Assembly: GCA_040326155.1 (NCBI GenBank)
Contig: JBEQLE010000056.1
Span: forward strand, 1-29,402
Source of the DNA: Leptospirales bacterium
GTDB lineage: Bacteria; Spirochaetota; Leptospiria; Turneriellales; JAOUFE01
DNA length: 29,402 bases
Direction of reading: 5' to 3'
Under the pieces are notes generated by a model. It saw only the letters and a list, made by a program, of their open reading frames with translations, had not been told where the DNA came from and ran no database searches. How positions within the stretch are numbered: the stretch's first letter is position 1; the number at the start of each line of letters is the position of its first letter. The translations under genes were made by a program, and so were the position numbers. Below, piece after piece: positions 1-8,897 of this stretch.

Positions 1-30
1 AACTTTCGTTATACAATATTTATATTTTAT

Positions 31-212
31 GCCCGGCTGACCGCCGGGGAGGTGTCACTTTTCTTTTTCCACAAAAAGAAAAGTAACCAAAAGGCCTGGT
101 TTCCGTTCGCAAAACCAGCCAGACCTTACAACCTGACGCGACCGCTTTCGGTTGCTTCGGCCAAAAACGCTCATTCTTGCCGCCATCCTATATGTAACCA
201 TGGCGGGGGGAT
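31..212. repeat. Multi-hairpin palindromic intergenic element (REP/MITE-like)
   Basis: Serial stem-loops: CCCGGC-tgacc-GCCGGG (32-48); GTCACTTTTCTTTTT-ccac-AAAAAGAAAAGTAAC (54-87, 1 mismatch); CTGGTTT..AAACCAG; GCGACCG-cttt-CGGTTGC; CCGCCAT..ATGGCGG. Only one copy in this window. Confidence 0.5.
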
Positions 213-456
213 TGGAAATATCGAGCATCCCGGTATTGGTTCTGCTGAATGTTTTTTTAGGGGCTTCGCGGTTTATATTAACTCGTCGCTTCTACTGTTT
301 CTTCTTGAACTAGGTTTTCATGTATGTAAAGTCGAGGTCCAGGTTTCTATAAATGCTTGATGTAATACATAAGTTTGTATAATTTGACATCTACGACAAC
401 AAAAACGTTTTTATAATCAGTAACGATACACCTTAATCGTTAAATAGGAGAGTCAG

Positions 457-720
457 ATGAATTTCATAAAAAAACCGGCAATGATATTGCTGCTAAGCGG
501 TATGGTTGCCTTATTTACAACGAATAATTTTTACGCAATAAAATCGCAAAACTACAGCAGAACGCAATCGTGGAGTTCCGATCTTGATGGTATTAAAATA
601 GAGATTGAACTGACGTATGGCGGGCCGAATCACTTAACTCCGGTGTTGGCCACTGTTAAAAAAAATGGTAAAACGGTTCGTACATTTCGCAAAGTGGAAG
701 ATTTTTCAGACCAGGGTTAA
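457..720 (+). CDS. Signal-peptide-bearing N-terminal part of a probably frameshifted secreted protein
   Basis: AGGAG RBS upstream, basic-hydrophobic N-terminus, overlaps the next ORF across A8 (658-665) and T5 (702-706) runs. Confidence 0.55.
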   Translation: MNFIKKPAMILLLSGMVALFTTNNFYAIKSQNYSRTQSWSSDLDGIKIEIELTYGGPNHLTPVLATVKKNGKTVRTFRKVEDFSDQG

Positions 721-1492
721 AAAGGGTCTGAGTTTATTAAAACAATATGACCCGTTTGGGTATTCCATATATCTGAAACTAAAAGACAAAACATCTTTTG
801 ACGGATACATTCAAGGGGCAGATTACTTTATTAAAGATGTGATACCGGCAATTGGCACCCTTGGTACCGCTATTCATGAAATACTACATGGGGTTGATAT
901 TGAAAACTCAGGCTATAATGTTAATAAGTATTATTTAATTGAAGGAACGTTTATTCAGGTAGAAGCGCAGAAATATTTACCACAAAGAAAAATTGTATAT
1001 AAAAATTTAAATGAAGAAGATAAAAAGGACTGGGATTTAAGTAGTAAGGCTGATACTTATTTACAAAATTTTAGCGGCACTATGCCTTTTGAATTACTAC
1101 TCGAAGAGCTGAATGCATATACAATCGGCGCGAATACCGTTGTGAATTTGGCCGAAGGAAAAGGCAGTCCCTACGAAACAGGAGTTGTTAACCCTGGTAT
1201 TATTCACATGATGAGATTTATGACTCTATATCTGGAAGAGTTAAATTCAAGTAAACGCGGGGCATATAGAAAATTAAAAAACAACCAACAGTATACCGCC
1301 GTTATTTTAAAACTCTGGCGACAAGCCGAACTGGTTATAAATCGAGTCTGCTCATCCAAAAAAGCAAGGTTCAATACCCCTGAAATGGATTTAAAAACTT
1401 TAAAGAGAACCTACTCAAGCAACGCAATGGAGAGTTTGAACCTATTGTTTCATAAAAAAGAAACTTTTCATATGCCAGAAAAATGTAATTAA
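665..1492 (+). CDS. Putative zinc metallopeptidase (HEXXH), C-terminal part of a split gene
   Basis: GTAIHEILHG (HEXXH) and downstream LLEELNAY (candidate third Zn ligand); no RBS of its own. Confidence 0.6.
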   Translation: MVKRFVHFAKWKIFQTRVKKGLSLLKQYDPFGYSIYLKLKDKTSFDGYIQGADYFIKDVIPAIGTLGTAIHEILHGVDIENSGYNVNKYYLIEGTFIQVEAQKYLPQRKIVYKNLNEEDKKDWDLSSKADTYLQNFSGTMPFELLLEELNAYTIGANTVVNLAEGKGSPYETGVVNPGIIHMMRFMTLYLEELNSSKRGAYRKLKNNQQYTAVILKLWRQAELVINRVCSSKKARFNTPEMDLKTLKRTYSSNAMESLNLLFHKKETFHMPEKCN

Positions 1493-1588
1493 TATTATTT
1501 ATGTCCATCAGCTTTTCAAGCTAGCTGAACTTTCACAAAGATCTTTACCGTGTAATTCTGGGTTCTGGCAGCGGTGTTTCTTATGTCG

Positions 1589-2053
1589 TCAAGAAAAAGA
1601 AAAAGCGCGCTCCAATGTAAGCAGAAATTTCTTCCGCTCGATTCCCGAAGAGTAACCGCCAAGGGAATGGGCTGCTAGAACCCTGTGGCAGGGTATAAAA
1701 ATTGGCAATGGGTTTTTCCCCAAGGCATTTCCGACGGCGCGAGCCGCCTTCGGGGTTCCTGTTTCGGCGGCAAGTTCGCCATATGTAATTGTTTCACCCC
1801 ATTTTATAGATTGAAGATTTTTCCAGACTATATTTTGAAATCGCGTACCCTGTGCATACAGTGGGGTTTTAAACTCTACTTTTACCCCGGAAAAATATTT
1901 TGTTAACTCTTCTATGGCTTGCAATAATATCAGGTTATCGATTGGGATAATGGCAGGTCCACTGTTTTCGGTAAAAGTGCATGAAGTCAGCTTATTTCCG
2001 GAGGTTACCAGAACGAGATTTCCGACGGGAGTTTTCATCGTACAAGAGTTCAT
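1589..2053 (-). CDS. ogt: Methylated-DNA-protein-cysteine methyltransferase
   Basis: GTRFQ..VW, TYGELA, ARAVG.ALGKNP, IPCHRV active site, LGGYS.G..RKK.LL.LE. Confidence 0.95.
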   Translation of the reverse strand: MNSCTMKTPVGNLVLVTSGNKLTSCTFTENSGPAIIPIDNLILLQAIEELTKYFSGVKVEFKTPLYAQGTRFQNIVWKNLQSIKWGETITYGELAAETGTPKAARAVGNALGKNPLPIFIPCHRVLAAHSLGGYSSGIERKKFLLTLERAFSFS

Positions 2054-2144
2054 AATACAGCCTTTGTAAATATCGCATTGTTGTCAATTCGGAATTGCGA
2101 TAATTAACAGTTGCATTTTTCAAGACAAGTTCTACCTTCGGCGT

Positions 2145-3020
2145 ATGCCGAATTTTTCCGTGACCGGTAGTGATGGCGTATTGCGTAACCTGCATTACCA
2201 TGAACGCGGGGACGGTGATATTTTGTTTTTGTTACATGGATGGTATCAAAATTCACTCGAAATTTTCTCCCCGTACATCGATCATTTTTCAAATAAATAC
2301 AAGGTGATCGTTCCGGACTTGCCGGGGCATGGCTTAAGTTATAATGATAAATCTATTGCATATTCAATTGACGACGCCTGCTCTGCAATTGTCAGTTTAT
2401 TAGAACATTTAAAAGCGGAGTCGACAACTGTCCATATTGTCGGATGTTCGCTCGGGGCTTATATTGCCTTAAAAATTGCCATTGAGAATCCCGACCTGGT
2501 CGAAAACGTCGTATTAATATCTCTTTTTCTCGATTTTAAACAAAATGAATTAGAAATTGAAAAATTGACAAGACTATCCTCTTTGCCTTTGCTTATAGCT
2601 CTCTGGTTAAAGGCTCGTAAAGGGAGCTTTCCTTTTGACGGGCGAAAATTACGTTTTTGGCAATATAATGGTAAAATGCCGAGCAGGTGGCGCCACTTTC
2701 TCCAGAAAATGGAAAACCATTCTTTATATGCAGCTCGGGGGTATATCTCGAGTTTTTTAAGATCATCCTTAATTCCAGGTGTTGAGAAAAACTCTCAGCC
2801 AACATTGTTAATTTATGGACAAAAAGACAGTCAAACCCCGAGAGATTTTGCCACCTCTCTGGCTAACAAAATGACCAGCGCGAAATTACAGATAGTGGAC
2901 CATTCCGGACATTCCGTTTATCTTACAAAACCGAACGAGGTTATTAAGTTGATCGATGAATTTTTAAAAGAAAACCGTAAACGGCGGTTTCAATGGTTAA
3001 ATAAGTTCTGGAAACGATAA
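2145..3020 (+). CDS. Alpha/beta fold hydrolase
   Basis: LLHGW, PDLPGHGLS, GCSLG nucleophile elbow, YGQKD acid, SGH catalytic His. Confidence 0.9.
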   Translation: MPNFSVTGSDGVLRNLHYHERGDGDILFLLHGWYQNSLEIFSPYIDHFSNKYKVIVPDLPGHGLSYNDKSIAYSIDDACSAIVSLLEHLKAESTTVHIVGCSLGAYIALKIAIENPDLVENVVLISLFLDFKQNELEIEKLTRLSSLPLLIALWLKARKGSFPFDGRKLRFWQYNGKMPSRWRHFLQKMENHSLYAARGYISSFLRSSLIPGVEKNSQPTLLIYGQKDSQTPRDFATSLANKMTSAKLQIVDHSGHSVYLTKPNEVIKLIDEFLKENRKRRFQWLNKFWKR

Positions 3021-3061
3021 ATATCTCTTGTCATGTCGCTATAATGTGACATAATATCCTG

Positions 3062-3832
3062 ATGGCAATAACAAGAAAGGTCTTTCGTAAGATTTTTTTC
3101 AAAACTTTATTAAGAATCTCTGTTTTACTGCCGGTTTTTATTGCTCCGGTCCTTCAAACGACTGCGGGTGATTGGGACCCTGAAATATCCTTTGAAAATG
3201 GATTTTCTGACCGAAAGGTCATTGGACTTGCTTTAAACGCCGAAACGATCAAGGTCTATAATTCAAAGTCAAACTCTGGAGTTTCTGCGGTTTTATTTGT
3301 TAATTCCAGCTCCGATCAGAGTTATGCACGGAAGTTGGCCTCCGGTTTAGAGCTTCCAGGGAAGGTTTTTATTTTTCCCCTGTTTTCAACCCAGCCTCAC
3401 AGAAAGAACGATTACCAGATTAGCAGAGTAAAAAGTTATTTGCGCGATAATAGATTAACGGCAAGGTTTCCTTCTTTTCATCCCCAGTATCATATGGTGA
3501 ACGAAATTCTGCAAGAAAATGATGCAGATACCGCCATATTTTCCGGTTTAAGTTGTTTATTGCCCTTTATTGAAAAGACCTACGGAAAAACATTTCAAAA
3601 GTATGTTATGTTGTCTCCACCTGCAGAGTTGGACGAATTTATGGAAAACCCGGACAATGCAAAGTTTTTATGGGTTGGTTCGGGCAGCGAAAAGTACAAA
3701 CTGCAAAAGTTTCAAAAAAAATACGGAGGCGAAATATTGATATTTGAAAACTCCGGATCTGGATACATGATATTTTTCCGCAATCACAGCGCTCAGGCCG
3801 CCTTAAAAGAGTGGCTTAGTAACGGCGTTTGA
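3062..3832 (+). CDS. Exported hypothetical protein, possibly a degenerate alpha/beta-hydrolase fold
   Basis: 256-aa ORF with basic and hydrophobic N-terminus; strand/helix pattern (VLFV, YVMLSP, FLWVG) without GxSxG or catalytic His. Confidence 0.6.
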   Translation: MAITRKVFRKIFFKTLLRISVLLPVFIAPVLQTTAGDWDPEISFENGFSDRKVIGLALNAETIKVYNSKSNSGVSAVLFVNSSSDQSYARKLASGLELPGKVFIFPLFSTQPHRKNDYQISRVKSYLRDNRLTARFPSFHPQYHMVNEILQENDADTAIFSGLSCLLPFIEKTYGKTFQKYVMLSPPAELDEFMENPDNAKFLWVGSGSEKYKLQKFQKKYGGEILIFENSGSGYMIFFRNHSAQAALKEWLSNGV

Positions 3833-3834
3833 AA

Positions 3835-4857
3835 TTATTTTCGCTCTTCGGGCTTTTCTGGCGATTGGCTGCGTTTATTGTTATACATTTCCATATCAGC
3901 ATTTTGAATTGCTTTTTCTACTTCAAAGTATGGTTCAATGGCGCTTCCGAATGCAAAAGTGCAGGAGGCTTTTTGTGCCTTACATTCATTGTTAAATTTG
4001 TTTAGACGTTGTGTCATACCTTGTTGTATTATTTTTGCATCTTCCTGGTTGTCAGCGTCTGTAAGAAGTAAAAATTCATCACCACCGGTACGGTATAATG
4101 AATCTTCGTCACGAATAATATTTTGCATTTTATGGACGTAATCGATTAGTATCTCGTCTCCATGCCTGTGTCCATACTGGTCGTTTAAGTTCTTAAAGAA
4201 GTTGATATCAAGTACAAAAGCGATACTGTATTTGTGTTTGTGTCGTCGGCGGTCATTCTCTCCGATGTTTTTTCTTTTATCTATTAATTTACCAAGTTTC
4301 GCCCGATTGTAAGCTCCGGTCAGGGCGTCGGTATAAGCCATATTTTTCAATTTTTCAAACATCTGAAGATTAGAAAAAGCGATGGCGGCAAAATCTGCAA
4401 TGGTTTGCAACGTCAGGTGTTCTTCCGTTGTAAAGTTAGTACCGTCGAGTTTGTTTACAACCTCAATTATTCCATAAGTTTGATCGTGCAAATACACAGG
4501 AACCGCAATAATAGATTTTGTAATAAAACCCGTTGCTTCGTCAACTTTACTACTGAAGTCTGGCTCCTCTGAAGTATCGGGTACAAACCGGGAGATTCGG
4601 TCTTGCGCCACCTGTCCGGCGACACCCTCTCCAAGTTTTAAACGAATATTTTTAACTTTTTTAAAGTCCATTCCACGGATGGCAACAAAAAACAGGTCAT
4701 TTGAGTTTGTGTCAAGGCGTAGAAGACTCCAGTGTTCCGGGGTAAAGTGGTGTTCGACTTCAAGCATAATTCCGTCGACAACTTTCTGAAAGGTAACCCC
4801 TGAAGTTATGACTTTTCCTATATTTGCATAGAGTCTGTGTAGTTCGTTAATGCTCAT
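3835..4857 (-). CDS. GAF-domain diguanylate cyclase
   Basis: GAF motifs (GEGVAGQVA, SIIAVP, GIIEVVNK); DALTGAYNR, DINFFK..ND.YGH..GD, RDED I-site, GGDEF. Confidence 0.95.
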   Translation of the reverse strand: MSINELHRLYANIGKVITSGVTFQKVVDGIMLEVEHHFTPEHWSLLRLDTNSNDLFFVAIRGMDFKKVKNIRLKLGEGVAGQVAQDRISRFVPDTSEEPDFSSKVDEATGFITKSIIAVPVYLHDQTYGIIEVVNKLDGTNFTTEEHLTLQTIADFAAIAFSNLQMFEKLKNMAYTDALTGAYNRAKLGKLIDKRKNIGENDRRRHKHKYSIAFVLDINFFKNLNDQYGHRHGDEILIDYVHKMQNIIRDEDSLYRTGGDEFLLLTDADNQEDAKIIQQGMTQRLNKFNNECKAQKASCTFAFGSAIEPYFEVEKAIQNADMEMYNNKRSQSPEKPEERK

Positions 4858-4864
4858 ATCACTA

Positions 4865-4892
4865 TTATCGCCAAACTATATTTATTACTTGA
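4865..4892 (-). promoter_or_regulatory. Candidate sigma-28 (FliA) promoter of the diguanylate cyclase
   Basis: Minus strand reads TCAA-N16-GGCGATAA, ending 7 nt before the ATG at 4857; no SD. Confidence 0.45.
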
Positions 4893-4982
4893 AAAGGGAA
4901 ATATATTTATTATTCTGACGACTTTTATACTGGACATTGGCCAAATAGTTTTTCCATTGTCTTCCTTAACAGGCAAGGTTTT

Positions 4983-6902
4983 ATGAAACAAAACGGTATT
5001 TTTCTAATTATTATTTTCCTATGTATGGGTACAGGTCTCTTTGCCCAAAAGAAACAATCGATAGAAACAATTCATTACACAGATGGAATTCCCGGAAAAT
5101 CGGATGTTGTTGAATATTTTGACAGTTATTTTAAGAAATTCTTAAATATTTATGAAGTGCCGGGTGGGACGGTTACCGTTGTCCAGGGTTCACAGGTTTT
5201 GTTGAACAAAGGGTATGGTATGGCGCATGTTCTTAAGTCTCAAAAATTTAATCCAGAATCTACCGTTTTAACGGTTTCTTCGGTTTCGGAACTTTTTACC
5301 TCTATTGCCACACTGCAACTTTATGAAAATGGTTTCATCGATCTTGACGCCGATGTTTCAACTTATCTGAAAAGCATTACACTGCCTGATAATTTCGGTC
5401 CTTTAAGCGTTCGCAACTTGTTAATGCACACGGATGGTTTTGAAGCTCAAATTATTGGTGGAAATGCAACAAATCCGCAAGATCTTCGTCCTTTGAAAGA
5501 CGAGTTGTCGTTATATATTACAAAACGAGTTACCCAACCGGGGAGTATGATCACGTATGGAAATATTGCCTCGAATATTCTTGGCGTTTTAATTGAAGAT
5601 GTTAGCGGTATGAGTTTTGCTGAGTATACCGAGAAGAAAATCTTTATTCCACTTGGTATGAACAATTCAACATTTGAGCAGATTTTGCCTCCAAAAATGT
5701 ATGCCAGAACAGCAATAGGTTATACGAACCCCGGCCATCAGCCGTACCCGTATTTATATGTAAACCTGGCTCCCATGGGTGGTTTACGAACAACCGCAAC
5801 GGACATGAGTCGTATTATGATAGCCTTGCAAAATGGAGGCGTTTGGGGAAAAACCCGTATTTTACAACCTGATACCGTAAAATTGATATTGGAAGAGAAT
5901 TTTCGCATGCACCCCGATCTGCCTGGTGTAACACACGGTTTTTTTGAAATGGAAATCAATGGCAAAAGAGTATTATATAAAGATGGAGACGGTCTGGGTT
6001 TTCGAAATCGCCTGCTTTTTCTGCCTGCCGAAAATATTTCCATGTTTATTCACTTTAACAGTGATAATGGTGAAAAGATACGAGATAAGTTGACAAATGC
6101 TTTTATAAGAAGATATTTTTACCGAGCCAGCGTTGACGCTACTTTCGAAGATTCTCACGATCAAGACCTTGAAAAATATGCGGGTGTCTACCGTCCTGTG
6201 CAAGCCGATGAGACGACTTTCTTTAAAATTACGCTTCTTTTTTCTAATTATGTAAAGGTATCGCCTGAAAATGGCGGTTTGCGAATGGAAACGCCCAGCC
6301 TCGGGGAAGGTTACGGGGCATTTATAGATAAAAGTGTCTGGCAAAAAGCCGGGGACTCTTTGTTTGTAGAAGTAGTTCGAAATAAAGTAACCAGTCATTC
6401 TATTTATATTAAGGACGATCTTATGTCTTCACGTGGTTACCATGGGGTTTATCGTAAACTTTCTTTCTGGGAAGAACCGGACCTTCATTTTACTCTGGTT
6501 ACTTACTCTATGATAGTGTTTCATTTAGCGTTTTTCTTCTGGCCGCTGGCAACCTGGTTTTTTCGTAAAAGAAAACCTGACTTTAAACCGCTTCCGACGA
6601 AACTGAACGTCGCCGCATTTACAATAAGTGCAATTTACCCGATATTGTTTATATTTTTATTCATTGTCTTAAAAGGTTTTCAGCAACTGCTCTACGGAGT
6701 TCCCATCGGGTTTACAGTATTAATATCTGCATATAATACAGCTTTTATCGTTGCTTTGTACTTTTTATTCCAGCTCGTTAAAAACTGGAAAACATTGAAA
6801 GTCACTCTTTTTGACCGTCTGTTCCTGGTGGCGCTTACTTTTGCTATCCTAGCTTTTAACTGGTTCTTATTCTACTGGAATTTACTGGGCTTTAGTTATT
6901 AA
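4983..6902 (+). CDS. Beta-lactamase-family (class C-like) serine hydrolase with C-terminal transmembrane helices; SxxK changed to SxxE
   Basis: Signal peptide, VPGG.V.VV, KGYG.A, SVSELFT, LLMHTDG, YGN, IF.PLGM..S, P.GGL.TTA.DM; about 4 TM segments at the C-terminus. Confidence 0.9.
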   Translation: MKQNGIFLIIIFLCMGTGLFAQKKQSIETIHYTDGIPGKSDVVEYFDSYFKKFLNIYEVPGGTVTVVQGSQVLLNKGYGMAHVLKSQKFNPESTVLTVSSVSELFTSIATLQLYENGFIDLDADVSTYLKSITLPDNFGPLSVRNLLMHTDGFEAQIIGGNATNPQDLRPLKDELSLYITKRVTQPGSMITYGNIASNILGVLIEDVSGMSFAEYTEKKIFIPLGMNNSTFEQILPPKMYARTAIGYTNPGHQPYPYLYVNLAPMGGLRTTATDMSRIMIALQNGGVWGKTRILQPDTVKLILEENFRMHPDLPGVTHGFFEMEINGKRVLYKDGDGLGFRNRLLFLPAENISMFIHFNSDNGEKIRDKLTNAFIRRYFYRASVDATFEDSHDQDLEKYAGVYRPVQADETTFFKITLLFSNYVKVSPENGGLRMETPSLGEGYGAFIDKSVWQKAGDSLFVEVVRNKVTSHSIYIKDDLMSSRGYHGVYRKLSFWEEPDLHFTLVTYSMIVFHLAFFFWPLATWFFRKRKPDFKPLPTKLNVAAFTISAIYPILFIFLFIVLKGFQQLLYGVPIGFTVLISAYNTAFIVALYFLFQLVKNWKTLKVTLFDRLFLVALTFAILAFNWFLFYWNLLGFSY

Positions 6903-6948
6903 CCCGTATAAAACTTGACACATCTGTGAATTTTTTATATTTGAATGG

Positions 6949-7611
6949 ATGACTTGTGCCCATTGTAAAGAAGCAGACCGTGTGTTTAAACCCTGGATAG
7001 GTAAAAGTGAACTGAAACGGTACCGAAAGAAAGGCCCTTCGAAGTCGACCCAGGTTTTAATCGAAGCGGTAAAAGGGGCCCATCGAAAAGAATCTACGCT
7101 CATCGATATTGGTGGGGGAGTCGGGGCTATTTATCATGAACTTTTAGACGGGTATGTTAGTTCTGTTATTCATGTCGATGCCGCAGACAATTATCTTACA
7201 CTTGCCCGTTCAGAGTCTGCCCGCAGAGGAACTGAAAATAGAGTCGAATTCAAAAAAGGAGATTTTGTCGATCTTTCGACGGAATTACCGCCTGCTGATA
7301 TTATCACTTTAGATAAGGTTGTCTGTTGTTATCCGAATATTGAGTCTTTGCTTTCGAGTGTGGCTGCAAAAAGTACCGGGGTAGTTGCCTTGAGTTTTCC
7401 GCAAGAGTGGCTGGTACTTAAAATAATGTTAGGTGTGATGAATTTTTTCAGAATGCTTCGTAAAAATGATTTTCGTAATTATGTTCACCCTTCTTCTCGG
7501 GTGTCTTCCATTTTTGAAAACGCTGGCTTTACCCAGACATCAGTTAACAATACTGGCATCTGGCAAATCTATCTATTTGAAAAAGGGACTACCGAAAAGA
7601 ACGCTGGTTAA
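6949..7611 (+). CDS. Class I SAM-dependent methyltransferase (BchM-like family)
   Basis: LIDIGGGVG motif I, VD motif II, GDFV, LDKVVCCYP. Confidence 0.85.
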   Translation: MTCAHCKEADRVFKPWIGKSELKRYRKKGPSKSTQVLIEAVKGAHRKESTLIDIGGGVGAIYHELLDGYVSSVIHVDAADNYLTLARSESARRGTENRVEFKKGDFVDLSTELPPADIITLDKVVCCYPNIESLLSSVAAKSTGVVALSFPQEWLVLKIMLGVMNFFRMLRKNDFRNYVHPSSRVSSIFENAGFTQTSVNNTGIWQIYLFEKGTTEKNAG

Positions 7612-7627
7612 CAAATTAAAGAGCAAA

Positions 7628-7666
7628 TTAACTTATATTTAACAAAACCCTTATATGAAAATAACT
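7628..7666 (+). promoter_or_regulatory. Candidate Pho box upstream of the porin
   Basis: TTAACT (7628), TTAACA (7639) and ATAACT (7661) on an 11-bp register; phoB/phoR adjacent. Confidence 0.5.
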
Positions 7667-7724
7667 GAAATAGATTATTGATAATTGGTATTATGTTTTA
7701 TATAGAGACAAAAGGGAGAAAATT

Positions 7725-8849
7725 ATGTATAAAAAGATATTAATTGGTTTTATATTTGTGTTGTTTGCAACTTCATCGGCTGTAGCACAGGATATAAAAC
7801 CCGACAAAAAAGACAGTAATAATAAGTTGAAAATTAGCACCAGGGTTCAAGCCAGGGTAATGGCAGGTGAAAAGAATTCAAGCTGGGCCGGCCATTCCGA
7901 TTACAACGCCGTAGATTTTAACTTTCGTAGAATCCGTTTAGGTGTAGAATATAATGCGGGTTGGTATGGTAGCAAAGTGGAGTTGAAAGGTGAGAACCTT
8001 TTATCTGTTGGTAAGTCATCGATTCAAGAAGCTAACATCTGGGCTAAACCCGGATTTTTAGAGAGTAAGTTTGTTTTAGGTCAATATAAGATTCCTTTTA
8101 TACGCGAGCAAATGGGTTCGTCCGGAAGATTAATGTTACCTGAAAGAGCTTTTTCAGCAGGAATGGCGCAACAACAAGATATTGGTTTAATGTATACATT
8201 TAACCCTTTGTCATCGTTCTTTGAAAAGAAGTTTGCAATCGGTTTGTCCGTAACCAATGGCGACGGGTCCGGTCATGACGGAGTTGGTCGTAAACAAGGT
8301 GAAACGGCAGTAGGGACCGGGCTAGCACCCCTGTTTAACTGGAGAGTGGAAATTGCGCCTGTTGGGCAGATTGTTGGCGCCGGAAAAGAGATTTTCAAAA
8401 AAGATTTAACTCTTGTTCTGGGAGCCGGTGGTTACCATACACAAGATGATGATGTAAGCGGTGGACCCGACGGAAAGTTGGATGCATACTCGGTTGACCT
8501 GACTTTTTCTATGATCGGCGTCTATGTGAATGGTGAGTATACAATGTTTACGAATGACAACTTTCAAAACTGGTATACATACCAGGCCACACTCGGATAC
8601 AATATAGTACTTTCTAGACTGGCGATCATGCCGGTTGCTCGATACAACTATGAGCAAGCATCCGTTGATGGCAATTCGACCATTAATGCCGGTGAGTCCA
8701 ACACTGATATCTGGTTTGGCGTAAACTTCTTTCTGAATCAACACAAACTAAAAGCAGAGCTTTTTTATAAGCTAGATCAAGACACAGCTAATTCAAACGA
8801 GGTTTATTTTCAAGTCACTTCTAGTTTTGGTTCATCCTTTTCTTGGTAA
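7725..8849 (+). CDS. Phosphate-selective porin (OprO/OprP family)
   Basis: Signal peptide, FNFRRIRLG, GQYKIPF.REQ..SS..L...ER, DIG, NGDG, terminal aromatic residue; GGGAG RBS. Confidence 0.85.
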   Translation: MYKKILIGFIFVLFATSSAVAQDIKPDKKDSNNKLKISTRVQARVMAGEKNSSWAGHSDYNAVDFNFRRIRLGVEYNAGWYGSKVELKGENLLSVGKSSIQEANIWAKPGFLESKFVLGQYKIPFIREQMGSSGRLMLPERAFSAGMAQQQDIGLMYTFNPLSSFFEKKFAIGLSVTNGDGSGHDGVGRKQGETAVGTGLAPLFNWRVEIAPVGQIVGAGKEIFKKDLTLVLGAGGYHTQDDDVSGGPDGKLDAYSVDLTFSMIGVYVNGEYTMFTNDNFQNWYTYQATLGYNIVLSRLAIMPVARYNYEQASVDGNSTINAGESNTDIWFGVNFFLNQHKLKAELFYKLDQDTANSNEVYFQVTSSFGSSFSW

Positions 8850-8857
8850 CCGAATTT

Positions 8858-8897
8858 TTAAGACGGACTGGTTTCGGCCTGAACTCGTCCGTCTTAA
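8858..8897. terminator. Hairpin between convergent porin and phoR genes (probable bidirectional terminator)
   Basis: Perfect 11-bp inverted repeat TTAAGACGGAC (8858-8868) / GTCCGTCTTAA (8887-8897); U-tails weak. Confidence 0.6.

Noticed and set aside
52..360. 102-aa ORF
   Set aside because: Lies over a hairpin element, has no RBS and has unprotein-like composition.
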